From: an uncultured Planctomycetia bacterium
GTDB lineage: Bacteria > Omnitrophota > Gorgyraeia > 2-02-FULL-51-18
DNA: 64,000 nucleotides
Assembly (NCBI GenBank): GCA_964642015.1
Contig: CAZXLF010000007.1
Coordinates: forward strand, 75,964-139,963
Direction: 5' to 3'
The notes below the pieces were generated by a model. That model made no database searches. It saw only the letters and a program-made list of their open reading frames with translations, and had not been told where the DNA came from. Positions 41,124 to 51,103 of this stretch are shown piece by piece. The first letter of the stretch is position 1, and every line of letters starts with the position of its first letter. The translations under genes were made by a program, and so were the position numbers.

Positions 41124-41724
41124 TCGTATGAGCCAGCGGCATGGAAGACTATTTGTGATTTCGGCTTCATCAGGTACCGGAAAGACCACGCTCGCAAAAG
41201 AGCTGCTCAAGGAAGACAAGAATCTTGTGCAGTCTGTTTCATATACGACACGCCCTCCGCGTCCAAATGAGCAAAATGGTGAAGATTATTTTTTTGTAAC
41301 GAAGAAAGAATTTTTGGATAAACGCAAGAAGAACGGTTTTCTCGAGTGGGCGAATGTTTTCGGCAAATTTTACGGCACTTCAAAAAAAGAGGTCGAAGAG
41401 CATCTCAGGCGTGGCCGCGACATGCTTTTATTGATCGATGTCCAGGGAGCCAAAAAAGTGAAGCGTACGAAGCCGGACGCGGTTTTTATTTTTCTTGCGC
41501 CGCCGTCGAAAGAGGAATTAAAGCGGCGTCTTGAAAAGCGAGGCACGGAATCAAAACAGGAAATAAACCGCCGTTACAAAGTCGCGACGACAGAGCTCAG
41601 AGAACTGAATGATCTGAAGCTTTGCGATTACCGGATCGTGAACCGCTACATTCCGCGCGCGCTAGAAGTATTAAAGGGTATTATCAAAGCTGAACGGATG
41701 ATATCATTCGTGGATAAAAAATGA
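41116..41724 (+). CDS. gmk: Guanylate kinase
   Basis: SASSGTGKTT, SYTTRPPR, IDVQGA. Confidence 0.96.
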   Translation: MSDRMSQRHGRLFVISASSGTGKTTLAKELLKEDKNLVQSVSYTTRPPRPNEQNGEDYFFVTKKEFLDKRKKNGFLEWANVFGKFYGTSKKEVEEHLRRGRDMLLLIDVQGAKKVKRTKPDAVFIFLAPPSKEELKRRLEKRGTESKQEINRRYKVATTELRELNDLKLCDYRIVNRYIPRALEVLKGIIKAERMISFVDKK

Positions 41725-42272
41725 AAAAAGACGGAAAAAATATTTTATTGGGTGTAAGCGCGTCGATCTCTGCTTATACGACATGTGATCTGATCACAGA
41801 TCTCAGAAAAGAGGGTTTTTCGGTGACGGTCGTCATGACGAAAGATGCGCATCACTTCATTACGCCGCTTGCGCTTCAGAGCTTTGCTGGTACCGAAGTG
41901 ATACAGGATTTTTTCTCTGTACCCGGCCGGTTGAAACCTGTGCATATCGAATTAGCAAAGAATTCAGATCTCATTTTAGTTTCTCCGGCAACAGCGGATA
42001 TCATCGCCAAACTTTCCCATGGCTTTGCCGATGATGTTTTAAGCTGTACCGTGCTCGCGAGCACATCACCGCTTGTGATCGTTCCAGCGATGAATGAAAA
42101 GATGTACGAAAATAAATTTACCCAAGAAAACATCAAACGCCTCGAAGCCAACGGCGCCACGATCGTTTCCCCGATACATGGGCATCTGGTTTGCAGCGAC
42201 GTGGGGATGGGCCATATTGCCGAAAATAAGACCATCCTGAATGCTGTACACCGCTGTCTCAAATTGAAGTAA
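41721..42272 (+). CDS. coaC: Phosphopantothenoylcysteine decarboxylase (stand-alone)
   Basis: HIELA, PATA, PAMNEKM, LVCSDVGMG. Confidence 0.9.
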   Translation: MKKDGKNILLGVSASISAYTTCDLITDLRKEGFSVTVVMTKDAHHFITPLALQSFAGTEVIQDFFSVPGRLKPVHIELAKNSDLILVSPATADIIAKLSHGFADDVLSCTVLASTSPLVIVPAMNEKMYENKFTQENIKRLEANGATIVSPIHGHLVCSDVGMGHIAENKTILNAVHRCLKLK

Positions 42273-42294
42273 TGTTCGTTCCCATTTTCTTCTC

Positions 42295-42921
42295 ATGAAC
42301 AAGGGACTTCGCTTTTTGATCGCTTCGGGCCCGACGCGGGAGCCTCTAGACCCCGTGAGGTATCTTTCCAATTATTCTACGGGTACTATGGGAAAGTATT
42401 TGGTAAAAGCCGCTAAAGAATCTCACTATCAGGTTGAGTGGGTCGAATGTCCGGAAAACGTAGAGACGGCGGTTGAATTGGAAGCTGAGCTTATGAAGCT
42501 TTTGCCGAAAACTGATGTGTTGGTCATGGCAGCGGCAGTTTGTGATGTAAGGCCTAAGAAATTTTCGGTGTCGAAGATAAAAAAGAAGGATTTAGATTCG
42601 ATCTCTTTTGTGAAGAATCCGGATATTCTCGCGAATCTTTCAAAGGTCAAAAGAAAAGGTCAAGTATTCGTGGGTTTTGCACTTGAATCGGAAGATATTT
42701 TTCAAAACGCATTCAAAAAATTAAGTGATAAAGGTTTGGATCTTATTGTATTGCAAAGAGTTACAAAGAATAAAACGCCGTTTGGAAATAAATCTATCGA
42801 GGCATTCATCCTTAATAAGAAAAAAAATATAGAGCGGCACGGTGAGATCAAGAAAGAGAATCTTGCCAAGCTGATCGTCGAAACGGCGGGAAAGTTGGCT
42901 AGGGAAGCCCATCGCTGCTAA
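42295..42921 (+). CDS. coaB: Phosphopantothenate-cysteine ligase (stand-alone)
   Basis: GPTREPLDPVRYLSNYSTG.MG, AAAVCD, VGFALE. Confidence 0.9.
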   Translation: MNKGLRFLIASGPTREPLDPVRYLSNYSTGTMGKYLVKAAKESHYQVEWVECPENVETAVELEAELMKLLPKTDVLVMAAAVCDVRPKKFSVSKIKKKDLDSISFVKNPDILANLSKVKRKGQVFVGFALESEDIFQNAFKKLSDKGLDLIVLQRVTKNKTPFGNKSIEAFILNKKKNIERHGEIKKENLAKLIVETAGKLAREAHRC

Positions 42922-42978
42922 TTAAGAATGAAAATGCGTGACGGAGCACACCCTTTTTTGTTAAATTAAAGGGCTCTT

Positions 42979-43052
42979 GGCGCGATGGCCGAGCAGTTAG
43001 GCAGAGGTCTGCAAAACCTCGTAGACCGGTGCGACTCCGGTTCGCGCCTCCA
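42979..43052 (+). tRNA. tRNA-Cys(GCA)
   Basis: GGCGCGA/TCGCGCC stem, GAGGT-CT-GCA-AA-ACCTC arm, U73, CCA. Confidence 0.93.
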
Positions 43053-43063
43053 GTTTTACCCTC

Positions 43064-43146
43064 GGGCGAGTGGTGGAATGGCATACACGACAGACTTAAA
43101 ATCTGTTGGGCTTCGGCCCGTGAGGGTTCGACTCCCTCCTCGCCCA
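43064..43146 (+). tRNA. tRNA-Leu(TAA), CCA not encoded
   Basis: ACAGA-CT-TAA-AA-TCTGT arm, long variable arm, GGTTCGACTCC. Confidence 0.93.
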
Positions 43147-43166
43147 GGTTGTTTTTTGAAAATAGC

Positions 43167-43304
43167 TGGGTCTTAGGGAGTCGAACAAGAGCGACGCGCT
43201 GCCAGTGGCAGAAAAGCCGACTCTTCGGCGTCAGCGTCGCGAATGCCCGACCCGGAGCTGAGACCTTTAGATCTCGGCGAAGGGCGGTCGACTCCTCGCC
43301 CAGG
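43167..43304 (+). repeat. tRNA-linked structured repeat, copy 1
   Basis: Inverted T-arm copy, core GCTGCCAGTGGCAGAAAAGC...CCGACCCG...ACCTTTAGAT, then 13-bp direct repeat of the tRNA-Leu end (43292-43304 = 43136-43148). Confidence 0.8.
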
Positions 43305-43317
43305 ATTTAGGAATTTT

Positions 43318-43698
43318 ATGTTTAAAAATATAGCGAATTTTTCATATCGCAGAAACGGCAAAGAAGCGTTTGGTTTCTATTTAGCGTATCTTTTTTTTAC
43401 TATGTTATTGGGAGGTTTAGCAGGAGGAATTTACGAAATAATCCATAGGAGTTCAATTCGGAGTTTAAATTTTAAAGAAGGTTTCGTAGAAGGATTTAAA
43501 GCAGGTATACCGATTGGGCATTTAGCATCAGTTTTATTTCTTATTGTTTTATCTATCATAATCTTAAAGCAGAAGCGTTTATTAAGACATTACGGTTTTT
43601 TGGTTTTGGCAATAGGCTCTGGAATAGCAACAATTTTAATAGGTTCTATTGTTGGTTTGATTCCTCTCGCTTTTTTGACAACGCGGGAAAACAAATAG
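43318..43698 (+). CDS. Hypothetical membrane protein
   Basis: AT-rich ORF with several TMs, EAFGFYLAY; start moved to MFKN. Confidence 0.7.
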   Translation: MFKNIANFSYRRNGKEAFGFYLAYLFFTMLLGGLAGGIYEIIHRSSIRSLNFKEGFVEGFKAGIPIGHLASVLFLIVLSIIILKQKRLLRHYGFLVLAIGSGIATILIGSIVGLIPLAFLTTRENK

Positions 43699-43837
43699 GG
43701 CAATCATCTTCCCCTCGGTGTAAAAGTGGGGAGGATTTGTCCGCGCGAAAAGATGCGCGGCGAACAGTTGCCGCTAGATTGAAAAATTGGCGGCTGCCTT
43801 CGCTAATTGCGGGGTGCAGGTTCAAAAAATAGTTTTA

Positions 43838-43914
<77 letters not shown>

Positions 43915-43943
43915 TATATTGTTCTTTTTTAAACACGAGTGAA

Positions 43944-44062
43944 TAGGCAATACGGGACTCGAGGGAGCGCGCCGCTGCCAGTGGCAGAAAAGCGAATTCT
44001 TTCGCGTCAGGCGCGCGAGTGGCCGACCCGTAGCGGTGGACCTTTAGATTCGCCGCGCCCAT
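43944..44062 (+). repeat. tRNA-linked structured repeat, copy 2
   Basis: TAGGCAATACGGGACTCGA is an inverted copy (17/19) of the tRNA-Val 3' end; same core as copy 1. Confidence 0.8.
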
Positions 44063-44102
44063 TAGACAAAATACTTAACGTGTTATGGCGGTATTGGTTT
44101 TA

Positions 44103-44750
44103 ATGAAAATTTTTCTTAGCTATTCAGGAGAGAATAAACTTTTAGCCGGTCGCATAAAGAGAGCGCTAGAAGAATTTGATGACATAGAGTGTTTCGTTGC
44201 TCATGACGATATTAAGTCTGGAAGTAAATGGGAAGATAAAATATTGGAAAACTTGAAACAAGCGGATTATTTCATGCCTCTTCAAACACAAGAACTATCC
44301 GATTCTTTTTGGTGTCAACAAGAAGCAGGGATTGCAATTGCACTAGAAACTCAAATAGTTCCTCTAATTCCAGATAAAGGAGGGATAGATCCTGTTGGCT
44401 TTTATTCTAGATATCAAGGAGCAAGAATTAATATAGATGATCTTCGTCCTTCAATTAGGAGATTACTTATTCAGCAAGAAATAATTGAAGCTGATAATGT
44501 TGCGGAAGAATTAGAGACTCATTTGCTTATATTTGAAAGATCGAACACATGGGCAGAAGCTTCAGAAAATTTTGACACTTTGATTAAATACGAAGATAAA
44601 TTTTCAAAAGGTCAAATTAAGCGAATAGCGCAAGCGGTGGTCGACAATAATCAAATTCGTGACTCGTACTCCGCACAATTTAAAATAAAAAGGTTTATTA
44701 AAAAACATGCTCAGTTGATTCCCAGAGATCAACTAGAGCAGATTTTATAA
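44103..44750 (+). CDS. TIR-domain protein
   Basis: IFLSYS, FVAHDDI..G..W, S.WCQQEAG with the catalytic Glu position. Confidence 0.88.
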   Translation: MKIFLSYSGENKLLAGRIKRALEEFDDIECFVAHDDIKSGSKWEDKILENLKQADYFMPLQTQELSDSFWCQQEAGIAIALETQIVPLIPDKGGIDPVGFYSRYQGARINIDDLRPSIRRLLIQQEIIEADNVAEELETHLLIFERSNTWAEASENFDTLIKYEDKFSKGQIKRIAQAVVDNNQIRDSYSAQFKIKRFIKKHAQLIPRDQLEQIL

Positions 44751-44753
44751 TTT

Positions 44754-46493
44754 ATGAGCAAAGTAGTCGAACAATATACTGATTTAGATAAACTCCGCCA
44801 TAGCTGTGCACATGTACTTGCGCAAGCGGTGAAGCGGAAATATCCGTCCGCAAAGTTAGGTTTCGGTCCACCGGTCGAAGAAGGATTTTATTATGACATT
44901 GAGCTTCCGCAATCATTGACCGATGAAGATCTGAAAGATATCGAAGCTGAGATGGAAAAAGTGGTCAAGGCAAATTATAAGTTCGAAAAAAAAGTTGTTT
45001 CGCCGAATGAAGCGAGAAAAATTTTTAAAGAGAAGAACGAGACTTTTAAAGTGGAAACGATCGATCAACTCGAAGGAGTAGAGGAAATTTCTATCGTCGT
45101 CGATGGTGATTTTACCGACCTTTGCAAATATCCGCATGCGCATTCGACGGGCGAGATCAAAGCATTTAAATTGACGAGTATCGCGGGCGCTTATTGGAAA
45201 GGCATCGAAACAAATCCTGTGATGCAGAGGATCTATGGCACTGCGTTTTTTTCTAAGAAAGAACTCGACGATTATTTGAAAATGCTCGATGAAGCCAAGA
45301 AACGCGATCATCGCAAGCTCGGCAAGGAATTGGGTTTTTTTATGTTCACACCGCTTGCGGCGGCATCGCCCATTTTCAAACCCAAGGGCACAGTGATCTA
45401 TAATTTGCTTCAAGATTATATTCGAAGCATCTACCGTCGCGAAGGCTATCAAGAGGTGATCACGCCGCAGATCTTTGACGTGGAACTTTGGAAAAAATCG
45501 GGCCACTATGAAAAATACAAGGACAACATGTATTTCACGCATGTCGAAGGCAAAGAATGTGCGGTGAAACCCATGAATTGCCCGAGCCACACGCTCATTT
45601 ATTCATCGGAACTTCGTTCGTACCGAGATTTACCGGTTCGAATTGCAGATTTTGGCCGTTTGCATCGCTTTGAACGTTCAGGTGTGACTTCAGGCCTGAC
45701 ACGCGTGCGCACGTTTTCACAGGACGATGCTCATATTTTTTGTACTGAAGACCAGATTGGACCTGAGATCGCGGGAGTGTGCCGCATGATCCGTGAAGTT
45801 TACGGGACTTTTGGTTTTCAAGAGCCCAAAGTATTTTTATCAACACGTCCGGAGCGCAAAGTCGGCTCCGAGGCTACGTGGGACAAGGCCGAGGCAGCGC
45901 TGGAAGCGGCTGTGAAATCCAACGGCCTGAAATATACGGTCAACGCCGGCGACGGCGCGTTTTACGGACCGAAGATCGATTTTATCGTGCAAGATGCGCT
46001 TGGACGCGATTGGCAATTAGGAACGATCCAGCTGGATTTCAATATGCCGGAGCGTTTTGAACTTGAGTATAGAAATGCGGACGGCGGTGTTTCTCGTCCG
46101 GTCATGATACATCGGGCGGTTCTGGGGTCGCTGGAGCGTTTCATCGGGATCCTCATTGAGCATTATGGCGGTGCTTTTCCATTTTGGCTTTCACCGGCGC
46201 AGATTTGTATTATTCCGGTGGCTCAGGCACATGAAGAGTATGCGAAAAAAGTTTCTAAGGAGTTTGAAAAGGAAGATTTCCGTGTTGAGACCAAACCGTC
46301 GAACGATACGCTAGGTTCGAGAATACGTGACGCGCAGAAAGAAAAGATCCCTTATATGATCATTTTAGGGGATAAGGAAATTCAAGCGGAAAAGATCGCG
46401 GTCAGGTCCCGCTCCAAAGGGGATCTTGGCCAGACCTCGCTTTCCGAATTTGTACGGAAGGTGAAAGAAGAAACAAACAACAGAACCATATAA
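44754..46493 (+). CDS. thrS: Threonine-tRNA ligase lacking the TGS domain
   Basis: LRHSCAH, KPMNCP, GAFYGPKID, HRAVLGSLERF. Confidence 0.98.
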   Translation: MSKVVEQYTDLDKLRHSCAHVLAQAVKRKYPSAKLGFGPPVEEGFYYDIELPQSLTDEDLKDIEAEMEKVVKANYKFEKKVVSPNEARKIFKEKNETFKVETIDQLEGVEEISIVVDGDFTDLCKYPHAHSTGEIKAFKLTSIAGAYWKGIETNPVMQRIYGTAFFSKKELDDYLKMLDEAKKRDHRKLGKELGFFMFTPLAAASPIFKPKGTVIYNLLQDYIRSIYRREGYQEVITPQIFDVELWKKSGHYEKYKDNMYFTHVEGKECAVKPMNCPSHTLIYSSELRSYRDLPVRIADFGRLHRFERSGVTSGLTRVRTFSQDDAHIFCTEDQIGPEIAGVCRMIREVYGTFGFQEPKVFLSTRPERKVGSEATWDKAEAALEAAVKSNGLKYTVNAGDGAFYGPKIDFIVQDALGRDWQLGTIQLDFNMPERFELEYRNADGGVSRPVMIHRAVLGSLERFIGILIEHYGGAFPFWLSPAQICIIPVAQAHEEYAKKVSKEFEKEDFRVETKPSNDTLGSRIRDAQKEKIPYMIILGDKEIQAEKIAVRSRSKGDLGQTSLSEFVRKVKEETNNRTI

Positions 46494-46510
46494 CAAAAGG
46501 AGGAGTATTT

Positions 46511-47020
46511 ATTCCAAAAATTCACACACGTATCAATGAGGGGATCCGCGTACCCCAAGTTCGCCTGATCGATGCGGACGGAAATCAAGCGGGAGTCGTA
46601 GCCATCGGTGAGGCGCTTCGGATGGCCAAAGATGCGGAACTGGATCTCGTGGAAGTGGCGGCACAGGCTTCACCGCCGGTTTGCCGGATCATGGATTTCA
46701 GCAAATTCAAATACGACCAGGAAAAGAAGGAAAAAGAAGCACGAAAAAAACAAAAAGTCATTCACCTGAAAGAAATAAAATTTCATCCGTTCATCGAAGA
46801 GAACGATTATCAGGTAAAATTTCACAGCCTGGAAAGATTTCTTAAGCAGGGTGACAAAGCAAAGATCACCATGGTATTTCGCGGACGCGAGATGAATTAT
46901 GTATCAACGGGCCGTAAAGTTTTGGAGCGGCTGTCGCAGGATATCGCGCCGCTTGGGGAAGTGGAAAAGGCCCCTTTCATGGAAGGCAAAATGATCACGA
47001 TGATCATCATGCCAAAATAA
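46511..47020 (+). CDS. infC: Translation initiation factor IF-3 (ATT start)
   Basis: In-frame ATT after GGAGGAG; RINEGIRVPQVRLID, PPVCRIMD. Confidence 0.95.
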   Translation: MPKIHTRINEGIRVPQVRLIDADGNQAGVVAIGEALRMAKDAELDLVEVAAQASPPVCRIMDFSKFKYDQEKKEKEARKKQKVIHLKEIKFHPFIEENDYQVKFHSLERFLKQGDKAKITMVFRGREMNYVSTGRKVLERLSQDIAPLGEVEKAPFMEGKMITMIIMPK

Positions 47021-47037
47021 AAACGAGGAAGACTTAA

Positions 47038-47235
47038 ATGCCTAAATTAAAAACGAATAAATCAGTTCATAAAAGGATCCGAGTCACGAAGAGCGGAAAA
47101 TTCAAGAAAATGCGCGCGGGGAAAAGGCATCTATTACAGAGCAAATCCTCCAAACGCAAAAGGCACCTGAGGGAAAGTGACCTCGTAAGCGGTGCGATGG
47201 AAAAACAGTTGAGGAGGTTATTACCCTATGCCTAA
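47038..47235 (+). CDS. rpmI: 50S ribosomal protein L35
   Basis: MPKLKT, KRHLL..KSSKRKRHL. Confidence 0.96.
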   Translation: MPKLKTNKSVHKRIRVTKSGKFKKMRAGKRHLLQSKSSKRKRHLRESDLVSGAMEKQLRRLLPYA

Positions 47236-47578
47236 GTCTAAACATGTGCCGACCGGGAGAGCCCGCCGCCGCAAATTTTTAAAGCGCGCGAAGGGTTATG
47301 TCGGAGGCCGAAGAAAACTTTATCGTACCGCGCGTGAGACGGTCCAGCGTGCGTTGATGTTCGGCACGCGCGACCGCCGTGATACGAAGTCGGTATTCCG
47401 AAAGATCTGGATTACGCGTATTTCAGCGGGAGCCCAAGCGAACGGGATCACCTATAGCCGTTTGATAGGCGGCCTTAAAAAAGCCAAGATCGAGCTCGAT
47501 CGCAAAGTATTGGCTGATCTTGCACACAATGACAAGAAAGTGTTTACGGAACTGGTCAATATCGCGAAGGGGAAGTGA
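47228..47578 (+). CDS. rplT: 50S ribosomal protein L20
   Basis: AKGY.G.R, FRKIWITRI, DRKVLADLA. Confidence 0.97.
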   Translation: MPKSKHVPTGRARRRKFLKRAKGYVGGRRKLYRTARETVQRALMFGTRDRRDTKSVFRKIWITRISAGAQANGITYSRLIGGLKKAKIELDRKVLADLAHNDKKVFTELVNIAKGK

Positions 47579-47662
47579 CTCACCCTAGCCCTCTCTTTAA
47601 ATAAAGAGAGGGGAAGTGTCGCATTTTTCCCCTCTTTATTTAAGAGGGGAGTAAGGGGAGTG
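47579..47662. repeat. REP-like pair of inverted hairpins
   Basis: CCCTCTCTTT-AAAT-AAAGAGAGGG and TCCCCTCTT-TATTT-AAGAGGGGA. Confidence 0.7.
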
Positions 47663-47675
47663 TAGGAAGAGATCA

Positions 47676-48659
47676 ATGATCGAAGCCCTCAAACAACTTG
47701 AAGTTGAAGCGCGAAACGAGATTGCTCTTATTTCCGATTTTCAGCAAATCGAGGCGCTCAAGGTCAAATATTTAGGAAGAAAAGGCCTTTTTGCTTCGGT
47801 TTCAGGGAGGATAGGCGAACTTTCCCAGGAAGAAAAGAAACTTGCCGGGCAGGAGATGAACCGTGTGAAACGCCTGCTCGAAGAGCTTTTCTCCAACACC
47901 GAAAACACGTTCAAATCCCAGCCCGCTTCTTCCGCAAAAAGGATCGATACGACGATGCCGGGCACATTTTATGCGCCTGGAAGCCTTCACCCTCTGACAC
48001 AGGTCATCCTTGATGTTACAAGAATATTCGAATGTCTCGGATTCACAGTCGTGGACGGTCCGGAAGTCGAGACTGAGTATTATAATTTTGAAGCGCTGAA
48101 TATTCCTTTAAATCATCCGGCACGCGACGGTTTTGACACGTTTTATCTTCAAAACGGCCGGCTTTTGCGCAGCCAGACTTCTACAGTGCAGATCCGTGTC
48201 ATGGAAAAAGCTAAACCCCCGCTTAAGATCATCGCTCCGGGAAAAGTCTATCGTCCTGATGCGACCGATGCGACGCATTCTTTCATGTTCCATCAGATCG
48301 AAGGTCTGATGGTCGATGAAAACACAAGCTTCGCGGATCTAAAAGGTGTGCTTCTATCCTTCGCGAAGGAATTTTTCGGCCCGAAGACCAAACTCCGTTT
48401 TCGTCCGCATTTTTTTCCTTTTACCGAACCCAGTGCTGAGGTGGATATTTTCTGGGAAACAAAAGGAGCGTGGCTTGAGATCCTGGGAGCCGGCATGGTC
48501 CACCCGAATGTTTTGAAAGCCACCAACATCGACCTCAAAAAATACACAGGGTTTGCGTTCGGCATGGGTGTCGAACGTATCGCGATGCTGAAATACGGCG
48601 TGAATGACATACGGCAATTTTTTGAGAACGATGTCCGTTTCTTGAGGCAATTTGAATGA
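47676..48659 (+). CDS. pheS: Phenylalanine-tRNA ligase alpha subunit
   Basis: HPARD..DTF, FHQIEGL, FPFTEPSAE, GFAFGMGVER. Confidence 0.98.
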   Translation: MIEALKQLEVEARNEIALISDFQQIEALKVKYLGRKGLFASVSGRIGELSQEEKKLAGQEMNRVKRLLEELFSNTENTFKSQPASSAKRIDTTMPGTFYAPGSLHPLTQVILDVTRIFECLGFTVVDGPEVETEYYNFEALNIPLNHPARDGFDTFYLQNGRLLRSQTSTVQIRVMEKAKPPLKIIAPGKVYRPDATDATHSFMFHQIEGLMVDENTSFADLKGVLLSFAKEFFGPKTKLRFRPHFFPFTEPSAEVDIFWETKGAWLEILGAGMVHPNVLKATNIDLKKYTGFAFGMGVERIAMLKYGVNDIRQFFENDVRFLRQFE

Positions 48660-48781
48660 CCCCACCACCACCTTTTTTGCGCTATGCCAGCAGTAGGAAA
48701 TCTAAAATGATTTTAGTGCCGCGCAAGGATTCGCAACAAGCGAATCCACAAATCCTTTGGATTTTAAAGGAGGTGGTGGGG
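48660..48781. mobile_element. MITE-like element with 16-bp terminal inverted repeats and TGA target duplication
   Basis: CCCCACCACCACCTTT ... AAAGGAGGTGGTGGGG (15/16), TGA on both sides. Confidence 0.7.
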
Positions 48782-50817
48782 TGAAACTTCCCGTTTCCTG
48801 GTTAAATAAATATCTCAGTGTTTCATGGACACCTGAAAGGTTGGCAGAGGCGCTGACTTTGTCAGGCACGAAAGTCGAACACATCGATAAAAAATCGGGC
48901 GATGCAATACTTGAGATAGAGATAACCACCAATCGTCCGGATTGTTTGAGTATTCTCGGCCTTGCCCAGGAAGTAGCTGTTCTTTCAGGAAAGAAAATAA
49001 AATTTCCTAAAATACCATCAGACAAAAAAAGTTCAGAAAAAGCTTCTTTCGAGATCCTCGTCGAGGATAAAAACGGATGCCCCAAATACACAGCGCGTCT
49101 GATAAAAAATGTCGTCATCAAACCAGCGCCGTCGGATGTGCAGAAGTGTTTGGAATCTATGGGCTCGCGCCCGATCAACAATGCGGTTGATGCGACGAAT
49201 TTCGTTCTGTTTGAAATGGGCCAACCGCTGCATGCGTTCGATTATGACAAGCTTATCGGCGGAAAGATCATTGTCCGCAGAGCCAAAAAAGGCGAAAAAT
49301 TCCTGGGCATTGACGGTGTCGAATACACTTTGGATGAAAAAGTGCTTGTGATCGCTGACGCCGAACGTGCTGTAGCGATCGCCGGCGTGATGGGAGGAAA
49401 ACTGACGGAAGTTACGGATAGCACTAAAAATATTCTTCTCGAATCAGCGTATTTTGATCCGGGACTCGTAAGGCAGGCATCGAGAAGATACAAATTATCC
49501 ACTGAATCCAGCTACCGTTTTGAGCGCGGAGTCAATTTTGAAAATGTTTCTCTTGCTTCCGCCAGAACAGCCGATCTTATAAAGGAATGGTCGGGAGGAT
49601 CGCAATCGGGACCGTTTGTGGAAAAAAGTGCATTTAAGGAAAAGAAGCCGGCATCCGTATTGGTATCTTTTGATTTGATCGACAAGCTTATAGGTTTAAA
49701 AATCTCGCCGTCCAAGATTTTATCGATCCTCAAGACATTGGGGTTTCAAGTCAAACCCAAAGGCAAAACGGGTATATTTGTAACTCCGCCTTCTTCGCGC
49801 GCGGATATTTGTCTTGAAGCGGATATTGTGGAAGAAATTTTACGTGTCGAAGGTTTCGACAAAGTTCCGTCTGCACTTCCGATTACGCGTCATTCAGATA
49901 CGGCCATTCGAGATCCGAAAGCTTCTGGTGTTTTGGAGCTCAAAAAATATTTATCCAACATTGGATTTAGTGAGATCATTACCTATAGTCTTCTGCCGGA
50001 AAGATTGCTTCTCAATGCTTCATTCACGGAACTTGGTCGCGCTCAAAAAATAGCCAATGCGCTCAGTGCCGAGCAGGAATATCTAAGACCTTTGCTTTTG
50101 CCGGGGATGCTTCAAAGCATTCTTTATAATGTTCATCGCAAAGCCGCCTCATTAAAATTATTTGAGATCGGCAATCGCTATGTTGACGGCCGAGAGGAAA
50201 CGGTCTTGGCGATATCGCTTTATGGAAATTCGGAGGAAAATTGGCTTCGAAAAAATCCTGCTTCATTCTATGAATTAAAAGGGATCACGGAAAATATTTT
50301 AAATTTTCTGCATGTTAAGGAATACGCATGGAAAGAAAACGAACCTTGTCCAAAGTATGAAAATTCAAGCACGTTGAATTTAAATGAAAAAAAGATAGGA
50401 ACCCTCGGATTAATCAATCAGAATATTTTGAAAAATTGGGATATTCCGCATGCAATGATCTACGCGGAATATGTGCTGGAAAATTTGTTTAAAAATTCTT
50501 CCGCGCGCGAGTCTATCCGGGTCAGATCTTTGCCTAAATTTCCTCTCGTAAGGCGCGATATCGCTTTTGTGATCGATGAAAAGGTATCAGTTCAATCCAT
50601 TCAAAAGGTGATGAAAGATGCCGCGCTTCCTTATCTTTCGGACATACAGCTTTTTGATCAATATACCGGTAAAAATATAGCGTCAGGCAAGCGCAGTCTG
50701 GCTTTTTCTCTGGCTTATCAGAAGGAAACATCCACTTTTACCGATGAAGAGATCAATGCACTCCAATCCAAAGTCAGCGATGCGCTGAAAAGCGCATATC
50801 ATGTGGAATTGCGATGA
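48781..50817 (+). CDS. pheT: Phenylalanine-tRNA ligase beta subunit lacking the B2 domain
   Basis: ITTNRPDCLS near the N-terminus, GQPLHAFD, RFERGV, RRDIAF. Confidence 0.96.
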   Translation: MKLPVSWLNKYLSVSWTPERLAEALTLSGTKVEHIDKKSGDAILEIEITTNRPDCLSILGLAQEVAVLSGKKIKFPKIPSDKKSSEKASFEILVEDKNGCPKYTARLIKNVVIKPAPSDVQKCLESMGSRPINNAVDATNFVLFEMGQPLHAFDYDKLIGGKIIVRRAKKGEKFLGIDGVEYTLDEKVLVIADAERAVAIAGVMGGKLTEVTDSTKNILLESAYFDPGLVRQASRRYKLSTESSYRFERGVNFENVSLASARTADLIKEWSGGSQSGPFVEKSAFKEKKPASVLVSFDLIDKLIGLKISPSKILSILKTLGFQVKPKGKTGIFVTPPSSRADICLEADIVEEILRVEGFDKVPSALPITRHSDTAIRDPKASGVLELKKYLSNIGFSEIITYSLLPERLLLNASFTELGRAQKIANALSAEQEYLRPLLLPGMLQSILYNVHRKAASLKLFEIGNRYVDGREETVLAISLYGNSEENWLRKNPASFYELKGITENILNFLHVKEYAWKENEPCPKYENSSTLNLNEKKIGTLGLINQNILKNWDIPHAMIYAEYVLENLFKNSSARESIRVRSLPKFPLVRRDIAFVIDEKVSVQSIQKVMKDAALPYLSDIQLFDQYTGKNIASGKRSLAFSLAYQKETSTFTDEEINALQSKVSDALKSAYHVELR

Positions 50818-51074
50818 GCGATTGGATCCAAAAGGTCGGAACAGTCGCAGGAGTTGCTTTACCTCTTTTTAATATCCCTCTTATTATCAAGCTTCGTAAA
50901 AGAAAGAGCTCACAGGATTTGAGTTTGTCATGGGCCATCGGTGTATGGGTCTGTATTGTGTTGATGACACCGCAGGCTTTGAGGTCCGAGGACATCGCGT
51001 TCAAATCGTACGGCGTTGTAAATATTATTTTTTTCAGCATTGTCGTCTTTTTTGTATTAAAATACCGTAAGTAA
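50814..51074 (+). CDS. PQ-loop/SemiSWEET-like three-TM protein
   Basis: IPLIIKLRKRKSSQDLS; three TMs. Confidence 0.75.
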   Translation: MSDWIQKVGTVAGVALPLFNIPLIIKLRKRKSSQDLSLSWAIGVWVCIVLMTPQALRSEDIAFKSYGVVNIIFFSIVVFFVLKYRK

Positions 51075-51103
51075 GAATTTCCAGCCAAACGCGGAGGGTC
51101 TTT

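Noticed and set aside
42899-43361. ORFs overlapping tRNA-Cys, tRNA-Leu and the repeat
   Set aside because: Explained by the RNA genes and the GC-rich repeat.
46511-46513. ATT start codon of infC as a novelty
   Set aside because: Well-known IF-3 autoregulation; listed as a feature only.
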